A DNA stretch of 64,000 nucleotides from Minisyncoccota bacterium (GTDB lineage Bacteria; Patescibacteriota; Minisyncoccia; Phycocordibacterales; UBA9973). Numbering within the stretch: the first letter of the stretch is position 1; every line of letters begins with the position of its first letter. The DNA lies in contig JBAZSZ010000001.1 of assembly GCA_041662205.1 (NCBI GenBank), positions 295,978 through 359,977 on the forward strand, in the 5' to 3' direction. Below are positions 1 to 10,066 of this stretch, piece after piece. Made by a program: the position numbers and the translations under genes. The notes below the pieces were generated by a model, which made no database searches, was not told the DNA's origin, and worked only from the letters and a program-made list of their open reading frames with translations.

Positions 1-7
1 TTTTTTA

Positions 8-532
8 ATGTCCAGAAATCCTGCTTATAGTGAAAATCTAGCAGAGTTGATAAAAGATCTCAAAAAAGAAACAACACAATGTAAAGAATGTTACAGGTTT
101 TTTATTTTGAATTCCAAGAAAGAAAAATTATGTGATAATTGTTCTAATATAAATACTGACGCTTCTACTTTAATGATCATAGAAAAAGATTCTGATTTAG
201 AATCTATTAAAAAAAGTGGGATTTATCATGGGAAATATTTTATTCTGGGTGGGCTTGTACCTATAGTTGAAAAAAATACTAAAAGCCGAGTACGTATTGA
301 AGAGCTAAAAAATAAAATTTCATCTAGTAAAAATCTTAAAGAAATAATCTTGGCCTTTTCCATAAGTCCTCAAGGCAACCATACTGATCAATATGTTCGT
401 GAGCAATTAAAAGATATTACTGAAAAATTAAATATAAAAATCTCCTCGCTTGGCAAAGGACTCTCTACTGGCACAGAGCTAGAATATTCAGACAACGACA
501 CTCTCAAAAATGCCCTAAAAAATAGGCAATAA
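8..532 (+). CDS. recR: Recombination mediator RecR (5'-truncated by window edge)
   Basis: C4 finger CKEC..CDNC, Toprim-like IIEKDSDL and YFILGG, C-terminal G(T)ELEY; frame is open to the window start. Confidence 0.92.
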   Translation: MSRNPAYSENLAELIKDLKKETTQCKECYRFFILNSKKEKLCDNCSNINTDASTLMIIEKDSDLESIKKSGIYHGKYFILGGLVPIVEKNTKSRVRIEELKNKISSSKNLKEIILAFSISPQGNHTDQYVREQLKDITEKLNIKISSLGKGLSTGTELEYSDNDTLKNALKNRQ

Positions 533-535
533 AAA

Positions 536-562
536 AATAATCCTGCCGATGGCGGGATTATT
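536..562. terminator. Bidirectional hairpin between convergent recR and rplU
   Basis: aataatcctgcc-gat-ggcgggattatt with A/T tracts on both sides. Confidence 0.7.
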
Positions 563-884
563 TTATAGAAGTAATTTTTACTTTGAAAAAAGGCTGGCGG
601 TGGCCATTGCGTTTTAGGTAACGAGATTTTTGCTTATATTTTACAACAAGAATTTTTCTAGCGCGTCCTATTTCTACAATTTCTGCATCCACTTTTGCGC
701 TCTTGATATAAGGTGTACCTATGGTCGTATCTTTGCCATCATCAACTAATAGCACTTTATCAAATACGAGCTTATCTCCTTTTTTGTACTCGACTCCTGT
801 CGTCTTTATTTTCTCAATAGAAACAAGGGTCCCTTTGGAGACCTTATATTGCTTTCCGCCTGTTTGTATAACTGCAAATTCCAT
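558..884 (-). CDS. rplU: 50S ribosomal protein L21
   Basis: FAVIQTGGKQYKV and GHRQPF motifs. Confidence 0.97.
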   Translation of the reverse strand: MEFAVIQTGGKQYKVSKGTLVSIEKIKTTGVEYKKGDKLVFDKVLLVDDGKDTTIGTPYIKSAKVDAEIVEIGRARKILVVKYKQKSRYLKRNGHRQPFFKVKITSIK

Positions 885-943
885 AAGTTACATATTATAT
901 GAAATTTCACAAAAACGCAAGACTTTGTTATACTTAACCACAT

Positions 944-1951
944 ATGCCACCAAAAACTATAGAAAAGTATTTTTTCTTTGGACTATTTTTTATCACTTTA
1001 ATTTTCTCTTTTTTAATTTTTCAACCTTTTTGGATTGTCCTTGTATTGGGAGCCTCTTTTTCTATAATGCTCTATCCTGTACATGAATGGCTCAATAAAA
1101 AACTTCCAGCTACTTGGCTTGCCTCTCTTTTAACTTTATTATTTTTCATCATTGTACTGTGTGTTCCACTTTTTGGTCTTGGGTCCATAGTCTTTAATCA
1201 ATCTCAAAATCTTTATCATTCTTTTGTAAATAATGGAAATGTTTTTCCTTTTATTGCTTCTGTTGGGGATAAAATAAATCAAATATTACCAAATGGCATA
1301 TCTTTTGATATGAATGAAAAAATTTCAACTTTTATTTCTTTTGTAACAAATAATATTACAAATATTTTTACTGCTACTTTATCTGTTTTGTTCTTATTTG
1401 TATTATTTCTTTTATCTATCTTTTATTTTTTAAAAGATGGCAAAGAATGGAGAAAAACATTAATAAAACTAAGTCCACTTTCAGATACTGATGATGAAAA
1501 AATAATTATTAAACTTTCACAAACAATAAATAGCGTAATAAAAGGAACTCTTTTAATTGCTCTCATTCAAGGTATTTTAATGGGTATAGGCCTCACTATT
1601 TTTGGTATACAGCATGCAGCTATATGGGGTGTAGTAGCAGCCATAACATCACTCATACCATCTATCGGCACCGCAATGGTTTCTATTCCAGCTGTAATTT
1701 TTCTTTTTGCCACTGATCACGTCATATCCGCTATTGGCCTTACGATATGGGCAATACTTGTAGTCGGAACAATTGATAATTTCTTAGCTCCATACATAAT
1801 TGGAAAAAGAATAAATATTCCACCATTCTTAATCCTCTTTTCTGTATTAGGTGGAATCGCTCTCTTGGGTCCTGTCGGTATTTTAATCGGCCCACTTGCA
1901 ATTAGCTTACTCTATGTATTAATTGAAATATATCAAAATAAATTCGAGTAA
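944..1951 (+). CDS. AI-2E (PerM/UPF0118) family transporter
   Basis: Multi-TM; IDNFLAPYIIG and SVLGGIALLGPVGILIGP signature. Confidence 0.88.
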   Translation: MPPKTIEKYFFFGLFFITLIFSFLIFQPFWIVLVLGASFSIMLYPVHEWLNKKLPATWLASLLTLLFFIIVLCVPLFGLGSIVFNQSQNLYHSFVNNGNVFPFIASVGDKINQILPNGISFDMNEKISTFISFVTNNITNIFTATLSVLFLFVLFLLSIFYFLKDGKEWRKTLIKLSPLSDTDDEKIIIKLSQTINSVIKGTLLIALIQGILMGIGLTIFGIQHAAIWGVVAAITSLIPSIGTAMVSIPAVIFLFATDHVISAIGLTIWAILVVGTIDNFLAPYIIGKRINIPPFLILFSVLGGIALLGPVGILIGPLAISLLYVLIEIYQNKFE

Positions 1952-1962
1952 CAAAATAAATA

Positions 1963-3342
1963 ATGTCATTAAAATTTTACAACACTCTAACACGAGAAAA
2001 AGAAATTTTTACTCCACTTGATCCACATGAAGTTCGTATGTACACTTGTGGTCCGACAGTTTATAACTATACTCACATAGGCAACTTGCGCGCTTTTGTC
2101 TTTGCTGATATTTTACGCCGTACTTTGCAATATTATGACTTTGAAGTAAAACAAATAATGAACATCACTGACATCGGTCATCTTTCCAGTGATGCGGATT
2201 CAGGCGAGGATAAAATGACCAAAGGGCTCTTGCGTGAAGGAAAAGAATTAACCTTAAAAAATATGCGTGCCTTAGCAGAATTTTATACTGACACTTTCAA
2301 GCAAGATTTAAAAATACTTAATATTAAAATGCCAAACGGCATGTATTTTGCAAGTGATTACATAAAAGAGGATATTGATCTAGTAAAAAAATTAGAAGAA
2401 AAAGGATATGCTTATCGCACCACGGATGGCGTGTATTTTGATATTTCAAAAATGCCAGACTACGGGGCACTCTGGGGTGGTAAAAGAGATTGGAATAAAG
2501 AAGGCGCTCGTTTAATTGAAAATTCTGAAAAAAGAAACCCTGAGGATTTTGCTCTTTGGAAATTTAACAACACAATCGGTTTCGAATCCCCTTTTGGTAA
2601 AGGTTTCCCAGGTTGGCATATCGAATGCTCAGCAATGGGATTAAAATTTCTAGGAGAGCAATTTGATATTCATACTGGTGGGATTGATTTAATTCCTACT
2701 CATCACACCAACGAAATAGCTCAATCTGAATGCGCTACTAGTAAAAAACCATTCGTCAAATTTTGGATGCACAATGAATTCGTTGATACTAGTGGAGAAA
2801 AGATGTCTAAATCATCTGGAAATTTCCTCAGAACCCAAAACTTATTGGAAAAAAATATTAATCCCCTTGCTTACCGTTTTTGGCTCCTAATGGCTAATTA
2901 TCGCACAAAGGTCAACTTTAACTGGGAAGCGCTAGAAGCATCAGAAACAGCCTTAAAACGCTTATACGGCCTATACACAAGCCTGGGGGCTGATATAGGA
3001 AACATTCACAAAGAATATCAAAATAAGTTTAAAGAATTTATAGAAAATGACTTAGACACACCTAGAGCACTATCATTATTGTGGGACGTTTTCAAGGATA
3101 AAAATATGTCCGATAGCGACAAAAAAGCAACTATTCTTGATTTCGATAAAGTGTTGGGACTTGGCTTCGAAAACTTAAAACAAGATATAATTCCAGAGGA
3201 AATTTTGAAACTAGCTAATAAACGCGAAGAAGCTCGCCAAAATAAAGATTTCCAAAAATCTGATGAACTAAGAAAAGAAGTGAATTCTCTGGGTTATGAA
3301 ATAAAGGACACTTCGGAAGGACAAAAGATTTCTAAAATTTAA
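1963..3342 (+). CDS. cysS: Cysteine--tRNA ligase
   Basis: CGPTVY, HIGN, GFPGWHIECSAM, KMSKS. Confidence 0.98.
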   Translation: MSLKFYNTLTREKEIFTPLDPHEVRMYTCGPTVYNYTHIGNLRAFVFADILRRTLQYYDFEVKQIMNITDIGHLSSDADSGEDKMTKGLLREGKELTLKNMRALAEFYTDTFKQDLKILNIKMPNGMYFASDYIKEDIDLVKKLEEKGYAYRTTDGVYFDISKMPDYGALWGGKRDWNKEGARLIENSEKRNPEDFALWKFNNTIGFESPFGKGFPGWHIECSAMGLKFLGEQFDIHTGGIDLIPTHHTNEIAQSECATSKKPFVKFWMHNEFVDTSGEKMSKSSGNFLRTQNLLEKNINPLAYRFWLLMANYRTKVNFNWEALEASETALKRLYGLYTSLGADIGNIHKEYQNKFKEFIENDLDTPRALSLLWDVFKDKNMSDSDKKATILDFDKVLGLGFENLKQDIIPEEILKLANKREEARQNKDFQKSDELRKEVNSLGYEIKDTSEGQKISKI

Positions 3343-3910
3343 AAATCTTTTTGCGGTAAATACAAAAAACAACTGCTAAATTTATTATTATAAAATAGAT
3401 ATTGAAAGAATAAATAGAAAAAATCCAATTTTTAATAATCAATAAACCCAACATACTATTTAAAGCAGCTATCAAATATACAGTACTCGCTTCAGTCTCT
3501 GGAAATTTCCAAGATTTTATTAGCGTCGGTGTTGCCGCTAAGCCATCACTTAATATTGCAAAAAAAATAGAGATTCCTAAATTATGAGTAATCATATAAA
3601 GTATCAAGGATGTAATGGCAAGTGCTCCACAATATAAATCAAAAGCATTTATTTTCCAATAACCGTTTTTAACTAAAATTGCTGTAATAATAATTACTAA
3701 AGAAAAAAAGGCGTCCATAAATATCGGCAAACTTACAAGCCCCGCACCTGCTTTATATTGAAAAAATACTCCAATAAGCGGAGCCAAGACCCAAATAAAC
3801 CAAGAAACTAAATTAGGCTTTGCCCGCCCACTTATTATGCTTTTGATATAAGAAAAATGACCCAAAAAACTTAGAAGAATAACGATATAAATAATATTCT
3901 GAGAAATCAT
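3332..3910 (-). CDS. Hypothetical membrane protein
   Basis: About six hydrophobic segments; KPNLVSWFIW and PTLIKSWKFPETE; 1 nt downstream of dnaJ. Confidence 0.7.
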   Translation of the reverse strand: MISQNIIYIVILLSFLGHFSYIKSIISGRAKPNLVSWFIWVLAPLIGVFFQYKAGAGLVSLPIFMDAFFSLVIIITAILVKNGYWKINAFDLYCGALAITSLILYMITHNLGISIFFAILSDGLAATPTLIKSWKFPETEASTVYLIAALNSMLGLLIIKNWIFSIYSFNIYFIIINLAVVFCIYRKKIFKF

Positions 3911-3911
3911 T

Positions 3912-5012
3912 TTAGATCCCCTCTTTTTTGAGTTCTTCTATGAGGGTACGAGAAGAGCGGGAAAGTTTTGACGGAAGTTTGATGTTGAGTTTGATTAACA
4001 GATCCCCTCTTTTATTTTTTCCTGCAGGCACTCCTTTGCCACGAACACGAAGAATTTCATTAATAGAAACTCCCTCTGGAATCGTCACTTCAATTTCTCC
4101 GTCTAAAGTTTGAATGGGATATTTCACTCCCAATAAAGCGTCAGAAAGCTTCAAATTTAGATTCATTACCAAGTCATTGCCTTCACGCTTAAACACTGGG
4201 TGCGGGGCAACATTTATTTTTATATAAAGATCTCCTGTTGTTCCTTTAGAAACTGCCTCACCATAACCCGTCATGCGGATCATCTCACCATCACGTATGC
4301 CTGCTGGAATCACAATAGAGACCTCTTCTTCACGGCGAAGGACTCCTTTACCTTTGCATTTTTCACAAATTTCTTTTGGTACTTCACCCGCACCCAGACA
4401 AACTTCACAAAGTTTTGTACTAGCAATATTTCCAAAAATTGTTCTTTTTGATTCACGAATTTTTCCTTGACCATTGCAATGCTTACAGGTTTCCATTTTA
4501 GTCCCGACTTTTGCACCAGAGCCTCCACATGTCTGACAAGTGGAAGTTTTAGTAATTAAAACTTTTCTATTTACGCCAAAAATGGAATCTGCAAAAGAAA
4601 TTTGAATCTCAGTAGAAATATCTCGGCCTCGGCGCACCTCTTGCCTTCCTCCACCCATTCCACCTCCAAAGAAATCACTAAAAATATCATTCAGGTCAAA
4701 TTCTGCAGAACCATTTTGAAAACCTCCAAAACCTTGAGAGAAATCGAATCCTCCAAAACCTCCTTGCCTTGGGTCACCGTAGCCTCCTTGTTGTCCCATA
4801 TTTTCAAAACCTGATCCATATTGATCGTATTTTGAACGTTTGGCGTCATCAGAAAGCACTTGATAAGCTTCATTTGCTTGCTTGAATTTTGTTTCATTAC
4901 CACCCTTTTTATCGGGATGATATTTTTGCGCCAACTTATAAAAAGCCTTCTTAATTTCATCTTTGGAGGCAGTTTTTTCAACACCTAAAATGTTATAATA
5001 GTCTTTATTCAT
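3912..5012 (-). CDS. dnaJ: Chaperone DnaJ
   Basis: J domain with HPD, G/F-rich region, four CxxCxGxG repeats. Confidence 0.98.
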   Translation of the reverse strand: MNKDYYNILGVEKTASKDEIKKAFYKLAQKYHPDKKGGNETKFKQANEAYQVLSDDAKRSKYDQYGSGFENMGQQGGYGDPRQGGFGGFDFSQGFGGFQNGSAEFDLNDIFSDFFGGGMGGGRQEVRRGRDISTEIQISFADSIFGVNRKVLITKTSTCQTCGGSGAKVGTKMETCKHCNGQGKIRESKRTIFGNIASTKLCEVCLGAGEVPKEICEKCKGKGVLRREEEVSIVIPAGIRDGEMIRMTGYGEAVSKGTTGDLYIKINVAPHPVFKREGNDLVMNLNLKLSDALLGVKYPIQTLDGEIEVTIPEGVSINEILRVRGKGVPAGKNKRGDLLIKLNIKLPSKLSRSSRTLIEELKKEGI

Positions 5013-5027
5013 AAGGTTATTTTGCTA

Positions 5028-6545
5028 TTATATCATAGGTTCAGCCTCTTGTGAAGTCTTAGTTTTTGTTTTTAGATTTTCTTCTACTGCCTCGCCGGAA
5101 CCTTCTGTATCGACGGATTCTCCACTTACCTTTTTTCCTTTATTTTTTCCTTCAATAATCGCTTTTTCTTCTGCACTTCGAATAATGGTGGCTTCTTCTT
5201 CAGCAATAAGTTTCGCTGCATCACCTTTTGGTATTGAATATTTTCTGCGAGAAGCTGCTATGATCTCTTCTCTATAAGATGGATGAGTAGGTGGTAACAC
5301 CCGTAGAGTCTCCGCAGAAAAAGGATCATAAGATTCTCCATCAATGGTCATTTTGATATAAAATTCTGTAACTGCTAGATTGATCATATCTTTCACATCA
5401 AAGAGTGGAGCAAATTCCGGCTTCATTTTGACGGCATCCTCACCACCAATACGAAAAGTGATAACACTCCCGACATTACCCAGGACTGCTTGATGAACTT
5501 TTGGTAAAATCTGTCCGACATACTGATGCGCGATAGTTAAATTAAGCCCGTATTTACGAGCCTCAGATAAAATATTTTCAAAAGTTTGGGTAACGACGTT
5601 TTGAAACTCATCAACGTATAAATAAAAATCTTTACGTTCTCTTTCTGGTATAGCCGCACGTTCCATACCCGCTTGTTTTATTTTTGTTAAAAACATCGAA
5701 CCGAGAAAAGAAGAATTCTCCTCACCTAGTCGGCCTTTAGAAAGATTGATAAAGATTATTTTTTCTTGATTCATTAATTCACTAATATCAATTTTATTTT
5801 GTCTTTGGCCGAAAATATTTCGAAGCAATGGATCAGAAAGAAATTGTCCGAGTTTGTTTACAAGCGGGATAATGGCATCCGTATCAAATTTTTCAGACCA
5901 ATCAGCGAATTCAATAGCGAAGAATCTTTTGACCATGTCATCTGTAATATATTCCACCACTTTCTGTCTGTAATTTCTATCCGTCAACATTGAAATCATC
6001 CCACGCATGGTTGCATGAGGGTAATCCAAAAGTGCTAAACAAGTAAAACGAAAAACGTGTTCCAGACGAGGAGTCCAATTCGCTCCGAACTGTTTTTGAA
6101 AAACTTCAATCAACCCTTGAGTCAATTGAAATTTAAACATTGGATCGACATTTGCGAGCGGATTGAAAGATGCGGGAAATTCAGTATCTGGCGGATCTAT
6201 AATACAGACATCTTCAATACGTTCTTTTGGCACATAGTCTAACATTGCGTCTATTAATTCACCGTGTGGATCGATAATGCAAAGCCCATGTCCATACGAA
6301 ATGTCCTGCCGAAGCATTAGTTCCATAAGTTTTGATTTGCCAACTCCAGACTTTCCAACTATATAAAGATGCCTACGACGATCTACTCGTTTAATACCAA
6401 AAACGAATTTTTTCTCTTCTAATGAAGCGACGTAATTAGTTCGCCCGATAAAAGAAACATCATCAGGTTTTACTTTTCCAAAAACAGGTAGCTCTGGTGG
6501 TGGTGGTCCGTATTTTATTATTTGCACTCGATTCGGCTTGGACAT
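5028..6545 (-). CDS. VirD4/TraG/TrwB-like (FtsK-HerA superfamily) ATPase, no N-terminal TM
   Basis: Walker A GKSGVGKS, IIDPHGEL, Walker B LYVDEFQN, LSEARKYGL..AHQ. Confidence 0.85.
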   Translation of the reverse strand: MSKPNRVQIIKYGPPPPELPVFGKVKPDDVSFIGRTNYVASLEEKKFVFGIKRVDRRRHLYIVGKSGVGKSKLMELMLRQDISYGHGLCIIDPHGELIDAMLDYVPKERIEDVCIIDPPDTEFPASFNPLANVDPMFKFQLTQGLIEVFQKQFGANWTPRLEHVFRFTCLALLDYPHATMRGMISMLTDRNYRQKVVEYITDDMVKRFFAIEFADWSEKFDTDAIIPLVNKLGQFLSDPLLRNIFGQRQNKIDISELMNQEKIIFINLSKGRLGEENSSFLGSMFLTKIKQAGMERAAIPERERKDFYLYVDEFQNVVTQTFENILSEARKYGLNLTIAHQYVGQILPKVHQAVLGNVGSVITFRIGGEDAVKMKPEFAPLFDVKDMINLAVTEFYIKMTIDGESYDPFSAETLRVLPPTHPSYREEIIAASRRKYSIPKGDAAKLIAEEEATIIRSAEEKAIIEGKNKGKKVSGESVDTEGSGEAVEENLKTKTKTSQEAEPMI

Positions 6546-6571
6546 ATATTGATTATTTTAACATAAAATTA

Positions 6572-6610
6572 CCTCACCCCCTACCCCTCTCCTCATAAAG
6601 GAGAGGGGTT
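6572..6610. repeat. REP-like GC-rich hairpin, probable terminator of the Cys-rich gene
   Basis: cctcaccccct-acccctctcct-cataa-aggagaggggt. Confidence 0.6.
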
Positions 6611-8285
6611 AATATACCTCTTGCTGATAACACTTCTCGCAGTAGACAATCTCCGGCCTTTCTGGAGCAAAATTAGTGATAATTTTTTTCTGACATTTAG
6701 CACAATTACGATCCCAGAATTTATATGGACCTCGACGAATTACCCGATCTTGATGCCTGCAATAAAAACATTTTCTTGAAATTGGAATATTTATTTTTCG
6801 GTAAAATAAAAGTTCTTGATCTATAACCTTATAATTTCTTTTACAAGAAATACATTTTAAAATTTCACTCGTTATAGAATCCTCCACATCTTTTATGTGG
6901 TCAGGAATATCTTCTGTTTGTAATGTTTCTTTACCTTCTGTCTTTTGAATATCAACTTCCCATCTATAACCTTGCGCGAGAGCTTCTTCTTTTGAAAGGG
7001 GGAAATTTTCTTGAGCCATAGTTTCATTGTAGGCAAAAGGAGCAAGCTCATAGGATATCATTAATCCATATAAATCTAGATCAGTTAATTCTTTTATTAT
7101 TTTTTCCCTTAATCTTTCATACTCTTCTTTAGAATATTGCTTATTTAAAATAAAATATTGTCCATTTTTCAATCCATCACAACCAATACAGTTTTTGCAA
7201 TTCCTATTATAAAATCCATATAAAACATTACTGGAATTCTCTACTGCATAAGAACCAATAATATTATTCCCATACCCAGAAGCTACTACTTCGAGCAACT
7301 GTTCAGAGTTTATCCCATGACCAATTGTACCGATAGAATCTTTTATATGCTTTGACGAGTGAGTATGATGACAGTCTTCCCCATTGTTTATCTCAAAAGA
7401 TTTTTGAACATTTTTACACGAAAAAAGATAATCTCCCGTAGAATTTACAGTTTTTATATTATTATTTTCTCGCATTGGAAAATTTAAAATAAATTTCTCA
7501 AATTCTTTTTTAAATTCCTCTAATTTCTTATAAGATCCTAAAATATCACTCACTTTTTTAGTGTACTCATCTGCCCCCATCGGCTTATTTAAGAAATAGT
7601 GAGATTTATTATTCAAATTAACACAACCAAAACAATTTAAAACATTTCTACAATTAAAGACAAAACAAGAATCTACTGAACTGTTTATATTTTGACCATA
7701 AAGAATCCCAGAAGAATGTTGAATATTTATAGATTCGTAGCATCTTTCTACTTTTATTCCAAAATACAAATCACTAGAATCCTTGACATCTATTGCTCCT
7801 CTAGAATAAAGCACTTCCTCGGCTGGTCCAGTGTTGAAAACAAGATAACAATTCTTGCATCCACCAGCCATATTGATATACTCGCTATTTATGTTTGGAC
7901 CTGGACCAATAGAAATATAGGTAGTAATTTTAGGAACTTTTAATAAGAGCTCTTTATAGTGTTCTAAAAAAGATCGATTCTCATCAAAATCCATAGCATA
8001 ATCTCTCGCTTCCCATTTTTCAGAATAAAAACATTTTTCACAATAAATAACATAAGGGGATTTTGGATTATATATCGAAATAACATTTTTTTCACAGAGA
8101 GCGCATTTTCGTCCTGAATATAAACTCATCTCATTTCTAAATAAAGCGCGCATTATAAAACGACAATCTGGGCATATCTTTGGATTTGGTACCTTCATCT
8201 TTTCATAAAATCCAAGCTCGTCAGAGGAAAATGAAAAATCTTGTTTGCATTTTTTACAGTTTTTTATTTCTTTTATATTTTCCAT
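6609..8285 (-). CDS. Cys-rich multi-zinc-ribbon repeat protein, paralog 1
   Basis: CxxC-x24-CxxC plus CxxC-x17-CxxC at both termini; duplicated central Cys-repeat unit; ends EIVYCEKCYQQEVY. Confidence 0.85.
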   Translation of the reverse strand: MENIKEIKNCKKCKQDFSFSSDELGFYEKMKVPNPKICPDCRFIMRALFRNEMSLYSGRKCALCEKNVISIYNPKSPYVIYCEKCFYSEKWEARDYAMDFDENRSFLEHYKELLLKVPKITTYISIGPGPNINSEYINMAGGCKNCYLVFNTGPAEEVLYSRGAIDVKDSSDLYFGIKVERCYESINIQHSSGILYGQNINSSVDSCFVFNCRNVLNCFGCVNLNNKSHYFLNKPMGADEYTKKVSDILGSYKKLEEFKKEFEKFILNFPMRENNNIKTVNSTGDYLFSCKNVQKSFEINNGEDCHHTHSSKHIKDSIGTIGHGINSEQLLEVVASGYGNNIIGSYAVENSSNVLYGFYNRNCKNCIGCDGLKNGQYFILNKQYSKEEYERLREKIIKELTDLDLYGLMISYELAPFAYNETMAQENFPLSKEEALAQGYRWEVDIQKTEGKETLQTEDIPDHIKDVEDSITSEILKCISCKRNYKVIDQELLFYRKINIPISRKCFYCRHQDRVIRRGPYKFWDRNCAKCQKKIITNFAPERPEIVYCEKCYQQEVY

Positions 8286-8313
8286 ATTAAAATACTTTAG
8301 TTAAGTAAAGTAA

Positions 8314-10065
8314 CTAGTATACTTCTTGCTGGTAACACTTCTCACAATACACTATCTCTGGTCGGTCAGGTGCATACGAAGTTTCAAATTCAACTTCACA
8401 TTTTTCATTGCCGTGAAAATGGTTCTCTTTGTCACACATGCAAGATCTATGCCAAATTTTCATAGGATTACGCATTTTTAGTCTATTTTCGTGACGACAC
8501 AAAAAACACAATCTGGGTAAAGGTACTCCGAGTTTTCGATATAAATTTAATTCATCTATAGTTATTTTATATGCTCCTCTGCAACAATTACTGGATTTTT
8601 CTTTATTATCACATCCAATAATTTCCTTCGTGATGGAATCTGTTACATCATCCAAACTAGACGGAAGGTCTTTAGCTTCTATTGTTGTTTGATACTCATT
8701 TACTTTTTTTTCACGCCATCGATAACCCATTTTGATTGCCTGCTCTTTGGAAAGAGGAAAATAATCTTGCGCCTGAGTTTCATTATAACAAAAAGTAGAA
8801 AGTTCACTAGGAAAAAATTCTCCATATTTATAGACAATTCCCCTCTTGTCCACATAAGGCACTTCATTCATCTGTTGTTCAATTTTTGGAATTAATTTTT
8901 CATATTCTTCTTTGGAATATTGTTTATTTAGAATACAATATTTCTTGTTTCGCACACCAATACAACCAAATAAATTTGAGCTTCCATGACAATTAAAAGA
9001 ATATTCAATATCATTTGAGCCATAAATCACACTACCAAAAAGATTACGAGAACCCCCTATTCCCGTATCAAAAACTTCATAAAGCATTTCGCCTTCCCCT
9101 ACTCCAGGACCAGAATCATAAGCATCTTTAAGACTTTTTACTGCCCAGTGTGAAAATTTTGCATCCTCTATGTCTCCAGTTGCGTCAAAACAAATTTTGC
9201 AATTTTTAGTACCTTCTAAATTATCGCCCGTTGAATCCACAGTCTTTATTTTAACAGCAAACCGATGAAGTGATTTTAGGCATATTTCTCTAAACTTATT
9301 TTTAAGTTCTTGGATAGTTCTATAATCCTTAAAACTATATTCTGCTATTTTTTTGTGATATTCTTCTCTAGAAAATTGCTCATTCCACATACAATATGAT
9401 TTATTGCGTAAATTAGTACAACCAAAACAATCTGTACATCCTACGCAATCATAAAGAAAATATGAATCTACACAACTTTTGCAATTTAGAGAATATAATA
9501 AATGATAGCTATCCGAGCAAAGCACGTCTTCATAACAAAGTTCAGAACGATTAACAACGTATAAATCTGCAGAATCTTTTGTTCCTGTAATTCTGTTTGC
9601 ATATAAAGTTCTTTCTATTCTCCAAGAACCGGAACACATATAGCTATCCTTACTAGCTTCCGCAACATTACAATAATCACTGTTTGTATCTTTTATATTT
9701 GAAAGAGATTGCAGAGGAATATTGTCTCTCAAATTTTTCCATTGTTCAAAAAAAGGATTTAAAAAATCATATTCTTTACCATACGAAAGTGGATCCCAGC
9801 CATCACCCCACCAAGCATCAGAACAATATACTGTAAGTTTTTCTTCTGGAGGTAAAAAAGAAATAAGCATTTCATTGTGTCCTGGCGCATCGCATTTTCT
9901 TTTAAATAAAGACATCTCATTTCGCCAAGTTAGACGCCGAATAGTTCTACACTCCGGACAAAAAGTCGGTGGAAGAACTTTTATCTTTTCATAAAAGTTA
10001 AAATCTTCCGGCTCTATAATAAAATCTTGTTTGCAGTTCTGACAGATCTTAGTTTCTGAATTCAT
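8314..10065 (-). CDS. Cys-rich multi-zinc-ribbon repeat protein, paralog 2
   Basis: CQNC..PPTFCPECR N-terminus, NKQYSKEEY motif, same C-terminal EIVYCEKCYQQEVY. Confidence 0.85.
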   Translation of the reverse strand: MNSETKICQNCKQDFIIEPEDFNFYEKIKVLPPTFCPECRTIRRLTWRNEMSLFKRKCDAPGHNEMLISFLPPEEKLTVYCSDAWWGDGWDPLSYGKEYDFLNPFFEQWKNLRDNIPLQSLSNIKDTNSDYCNVAEASKDSYMCSGSWRIERTLYANRITGTKDSADLYVVNRSELCYEDVLCSDSYHLLYSLNCKSCVDSYFLYDCVGCTDCFGCTNLRNKSYCMWNEQFSREEYHKKIAEYSFKDYRTIQELKNKFREICLKSLHRFAVKIKTVDSTGDNLEGTKNCKICFDATGDIEDAKFSHWAVKSLKDAYDSGPGVGEGEMLYEVFDTGIGGSRNLFGSVIYGSNDIEYSFNCHGSSNLFGCIGVRNKKYCILNKQYSKEEYEKLIPKIEQQMNEVPYVDKRGIVYKYGEFFPSELSTFCYNETQAQDYFPLSKEQAIKMGYRWREKKVNEYQTTIEAKDLPSSLDDVTDSITKEIIGCDNKEKSSNCCRGAYKITIDELNLYRKLGVPLPRLCFLCRHENRLKMRNPMKIWHRSCMCDKENHFHGNEKCEVEFETSYAPDRPEIVYCEKCYQQEVY

Positions 10066-10066
10066 A

